A stretch of 64,000 nt of DNA from Utricularia gibba (lineage: Eukaryota; Plantae; Magnoliophyta), in NCBI GenBank assembly GCA_002189035.1, contig NEEC01000027.1:186001-250000 (forward strand), in the 5' to 3' direction. This document shows positions 59,478-64,000 of the stretch, piece by piece (within the stretch, counting starts at the first letter, position 1; each line of letters begins with the position of its first letter). The notes beneath the pieces are model-generated. The model was not told the DNA's origin and searched no databases. It was given only the letters and a program-made list of their open reading frames with translations. Position numbers and translations under genes: made by a program.

Positions 59478-62400
59478 TCATTGAAGTTTCCTGGGCAAGT
59501 TATAGGTCTTCCTAAGAAAGTTTGAAGCAGCTTCGTCATTCCTGTGACACAAAACTCTCAGCAAAGTGTTAGGATCAGATGAGCTCCATTGCCCCGAGGT
59601 TGGAGGCAAAGGAAGTCGAGGTTTAGAGGAGGAGCCATTTGTTCCAGAATTCATTCGTTTGTATAACTCGATGAGTCTCTCAGTGTCTGTTCGAAAGAAT
59701 GGAAGAATGTCTCTCGCTGTTGTTGAGAACTTATCAATAACATCATCCGGTAATCCATCACCATTTGCCCAGAAAAGATCCTTCAAGGACTTGAAATCCG
59801 CCTCTATCACCTGTGAATCCTGCAACGAAAAGGCTCGTCCAGGACCACCAGCAAGCAAAACTACCAAAAACCCATCGAATGACGCTCTCATTAGATCTGC
59901 AATGATCCGACTGCGAACTCTTTCATTAACAATATCTGCAACAATAGTCAGATGATGCTCAAGTTCTTGAAGAACAGGCTCGATCCGATGAGATGAAGGG
60001 TCATCAACATAGAGAGAATTCAGCAAAAGATGGTTCATGTCACAGAATATAACTTTATACGCAAGCCCTTCTGATAACTGCTGGACAGCTTCAATGCAAG
60101 CAGCTGGTGCGAGCTCAAACCTTTTCCCTAAACCATTTGAAAAGTCTTCTAAATGTGCAGATTCTGAGTTCCTCAATAGCGTAAGGATTCTTTTCTCAAT
60201 GACGTCCATTTCTGTCCGTATCTTGTGCAAAGAATTTATACGTACACACAATTGAAGCAGACTCACGGGGGCATTTCCATTGACGGTAGCAACCTGACGA
60301 TTCCTCTTCTGGGAAGTTGACACTGGTTTTTCTTTCTTCTTCCACTGAAACGTTGACCCAACAGTGCATCTGGTTAACATGGGCAGTTGTGGAAAATACG
60401 TTGTCCTTGATCCTGCATAAGTTCAACGACTGCTAAGTTCAACAACATTCACGTAATGAACTTCACTTCATCAAATGAGTATTACCACAGCCAGATTTAG
60501 CTTTAACTGCATAATGCTGGAGACATTTATCAAGACCGGTAACTATGTCAGGAAGGAGTGCAGGATGCATTGGTATTGGCAAACCAAAGAATGCATCCAA
60601 GGTCTCGTCAACTATTCTCAAAATCTCTATAGCTGAAGTGCCACAAGCCTCTTTATTAGTTCGTGGATTCCAGAGCTGTAAACAAAGAATAAAGTAGAGA
60701 ATTAGATAAATTACAATATTAATGTTAGTACATAACAACCAAATAAAAATAAACATATTTGAAAGATTTGACAAGGCTCAAGATTCAAGTGGAAAATAAC
60801 AGAACCAAAAACTTGTCCCCTGAACAGCCTAGCATTAGCTGTTAGCAGTGAAAAGGTACCTCCTGTTGGAGGTTTCTTTCGATCCATTCCCTTAGCCTGC
60901 CTATTCTGGTCTTAATCCATGCCTTCACCAATTTCGCCATTGCCCCTTCAGCTTCATAGGGTGGCATCTCACGGATAATTGCCTTCCCACCATCATCACT
61001 ATCTACTGATTCTTCAACAGCGATTTGGACAAGATCTTTTTCTAATTTATCCGCAGCTCTTAATATTTGAACAGCATCTGGTGTCAGTTCCGTGATGCCT
61101 GAAATGAATTGCTTTAGTTCATTCCCATAGCAAGCATGCAAAGTCGCAACTGCAATGCCTGCAGCAAGAGGGTGCCATCTCTTCAAGACAGGACTAAACA
61201 TGCGTTTTTCCTTCATTGCAAGCTCACTAACATCCTTGGATAAGATAGCAAGGACAGGTAGGGGATTTGGTTGGTCTCTTGATGATCTTCGGCTTGAATC
61301 AGCGGTTTCCATTCTCTGCAGGCCAAAAATGTAACATCTTTAAAAGTAAAACTGGTGCCCGCCATGCTCAAAAGGAGACAACAGGAATAAGCCATTACAC
61401 TGTATATCTCAAAAAAGGCCTAAAAAATCGCATGGGTTTGTGTCAACACATGCCAGTTAAACAAGGTCTCGCACAAAATATTGGAACTCTGATAAATGGA
61501 AAAACATGTAGCAATAATTCAACTTGCCTGGGCAAATGCAGTACGCAGTGATGATCTGATGTATGTATCAATCCGGCTAAGCACCACATCAACTTCATTT
61601 TTTCTTCTCCGACGATACTCATTTGATATGTCTTCAACCAAGATCTTAGCAGATGATACAGCTATAGAAACAATGCTTTGCAAAGAATCAATGTTCTGAT
61701 TGTCAAATGTCTCATGATAAGCAAGCAACCTCTTTTCAGCCCAACCCAATATGGCAGTCAAGGTGGAATTCAATACTTTAGGATACATGGAATCTTTAGT
61801 CATTGTCGCATCTTTGGCCACTTCAGGGAGTTGTTTGTCGGCTGCAAATAATAGATCACTCTCAGTTTGACCAGAAGCAACATATCGGTTGAACAAAACC
61901 CATGTAAAACACAGATTGTGCAGCATCTGATTTATTCCGAGAGTTCCCCACGTTTTTTTTATGAGTTCCATGAGCTCGTCAACCTCCTCCACAATGGATG
62001 TCTCATCATTAATATCAAAACACGCTTCTAGAAGCATTTCATAGAGACGAAGATTTAATGGTGAACCATCTGCCCAGTGGTAGCATTCAAAAACAGCCCC
62101 CTCAGATGACCTGTTTGCAAGTGCCAATACTGTCGTACGAAGAACTTGCATTGATTCATTATTTCTTTCAGTTTCAATGGGGCGATCTAAGGCGGCATTA
62201 ATGATATGGCCCAAACGTTGGGCTGCAGCATTACCCCTCTCCACAGGCACGTGGGGGTGCAAAAGCATGCCAGCTTCCAGCATTCGAAGGTTTCTCTTCT
62301 GCCACGCATTATACTCTTCTGGATCAGTAAAATCTGAAGATTTGAACTGTTGTAAAAGCTCCAGAGGAAGAATGATTGATTCTGATACTCTTCCCACCTA

Positions 62401-63532
62401 AATAAGAAAGAGTAAATCTGTAACCAGAAAAAGATACTGAGCATCATCATGTACAATTTCTACTTAAAAATACCATATACTGGGATTAAACACACCTATG
62501 AACAAGATGAATGCACACAGGAAATTCATTTGCTCAAGGAGGAACAAATGAGTGTTCTTAGTTTATCATATTTAGAAAAGAAGAGTAGACATAAACAAGC
62601 TTCAAATGGCTCAATTGTGACGTTCCCAGCCTCGAACACAGTGGCACACAAGAAAAATAACGCATCCTGAAAGACTCATTGATGTAAATGATCCTCCCAG
62701 GAAGGAAATTTATAAACGAAAATCGTGGAAAAAGGAAAAAAAAGAAATCTTAAGAAAACCACCCGCTCTCAAAATCATAAATTTAGATGCACCAGTATCC
62801 CCTCAGATTATGACACGTTACGCAAATTCCAGGTCTTAATTTAAGAACAAGGTGTCAATGATGAAGCGATAACCAGTATTATCAGTTTCAATTCATAAAT
62901 CTGAACATTTCTTTTACGCATTTTTCACTGCAAAAGAACCATCCTTTTTCTTTCTCGCCAACCTGGGTAGCAGAGATTCTCAACAAGCCCCTTCGAATTC
63001 TTAAATCTTCAGCCTCAGAAATCCCCATATGCATTCTCATCAGCTCACTGACACTAATCGGCTTCTTCACCTTCCCCGTCAATGAAGAATTACTCAAATC
63101 CATGCTCCGCCTGGAACTGCTGGATCTCATCCCAAGCGCTTTCTTCATCTTAGATGCTGCTGTAGAAGTCAGCGAACGCTGCAAACTCACTGGAGAATTG
63201 CCGTTGGCGGAAGCAGCACTGGCTGGCGAATTACCATGATCGCCGCTAGAAATGTAGTGCAGGGGCCTAGAGGAAGATGAGCGGTTCGCGGAGAGGAAGA
63301 TCTCGTAAGCGGAGGCTCGAAGATCTGAATCGGAAAGCGTCGGCGTTAGGTCACCAAACGGAGACGGCAGCGGCGACAGCGATGCGGTGGAGACAGCAGG
63401 ATTGAAACGAGAAGTTGCCGATGATGCGGACACTGAGGACGCCGCCGGCCCCGCCCCAAAGGAGGCAGATGAAAAGGAATCTCGCCGGGAATGCCCCAGC
63501 CCCAGCGTTTGATCACGGAAGAGAGACGCCAT
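59478..63532 (-). CDS. DUF810 / MUN-domain protein, PATROL1 family, copy B (about 1006 aa)
   Basis: Exons 63532-62963, 62397-61528, 61315-60860, 60675-60486 and 60412-59478. Intron phases are the same as copy A, exons 3 and 4 have identical lengths (456 and 190 nt), and intron 2 has a GC donor. Confidence 0.93.
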
Positions 63533-64000
63533 CGTAGCTGTGCCGGTACCGCTGTCGCTCAAGTGTGATAGAGCAAAACGAGAAAAAAAAAAAAAGAAAG
63601 TAAATGTTAATCATAGCCCATTATTTATAGATTCTTCTATCATTTTATTCATATATTTTAATACATCATTAGCAAATTTACCCAACCAAAATGAAAAGGG
63701 CGTGCCGGCCATCAGCTAGTGGACCAGCATGCACGTATGGGTGGGGCCCACAGCCTCAATCGTGACGTGATTCACTAATACATCCCCAGCCAACCTTCCA
63801 CATCATTTTTATTTCTGACAAATATTACCTCTTTTAATCACAATTAATACGATTAAAACAGAATCCGCGCTTATGCAACTTATTAAAAATAAGAAATGCA
63901 CATAAAAATTTTAATATTTAATGAGAAAAAATAAAAACTATTTCAGATATAAGATTAACTTTAGAAAACGATGATTTTTTGGTGCAGGTGATCGTCAGTC

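Overview
Gene-dense nuclear DNA from a flowering plant, probably a eudicot with short introns; the species cannot be determined from sequence alone. I can support 18 protein-coding loci and one MIR156 hairpin. In order: 3' end of a 2OG-Fe(II) dioxygenase, FTIP1/MCTP, a DUF810/MUN-domain gene (copy A), NSUN5, MDM35/TRIAP1, a clade-A PP2C, RanBP1, MIR156, NIPA9, IQD6-like, an NHL/LEA2 gene, a KEA4/6-type K+ antiporter, an L-type lectin receptor kinase, complex I PSST, a large Gly-rich membrane protein, an AHP4-like phosphotransfer protein, an MLK/PPK casein-kinase-like gene, a DUF1677 gene and DUF810 copy B. I found no rRNA, tRNA, CRISPR array or autonomous transposon. Most genes are ordinary and have intact reading frames once spliced by hand. 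The best leads: (1) a MIR156 locus with a two-base variant mature sequence, a candidate 10-aa miPEP and a dense upstream GTAC (SPL-core) cluster, which together look like a feedback module; (2) a C2-domain MCTP gene head-to-head with a MUN-domain gene; (3) an IQD6-like gene with two apparent frameshifts and an IQ-motif substitution; (4) a LecRK with an eroded lectin domain on an intact kinase; (5) a U12-type intron in NSUN5; (6) a GC-AG intron conserved in both DUF810 paralogs; (7) an orphan promoter with a structured non-coding stretch near 50-51 kb. I did not find a clearly new biological system; these are testable leads. Family names and any Arabidopsis comparisons come from recalled knowledge, not database searches.
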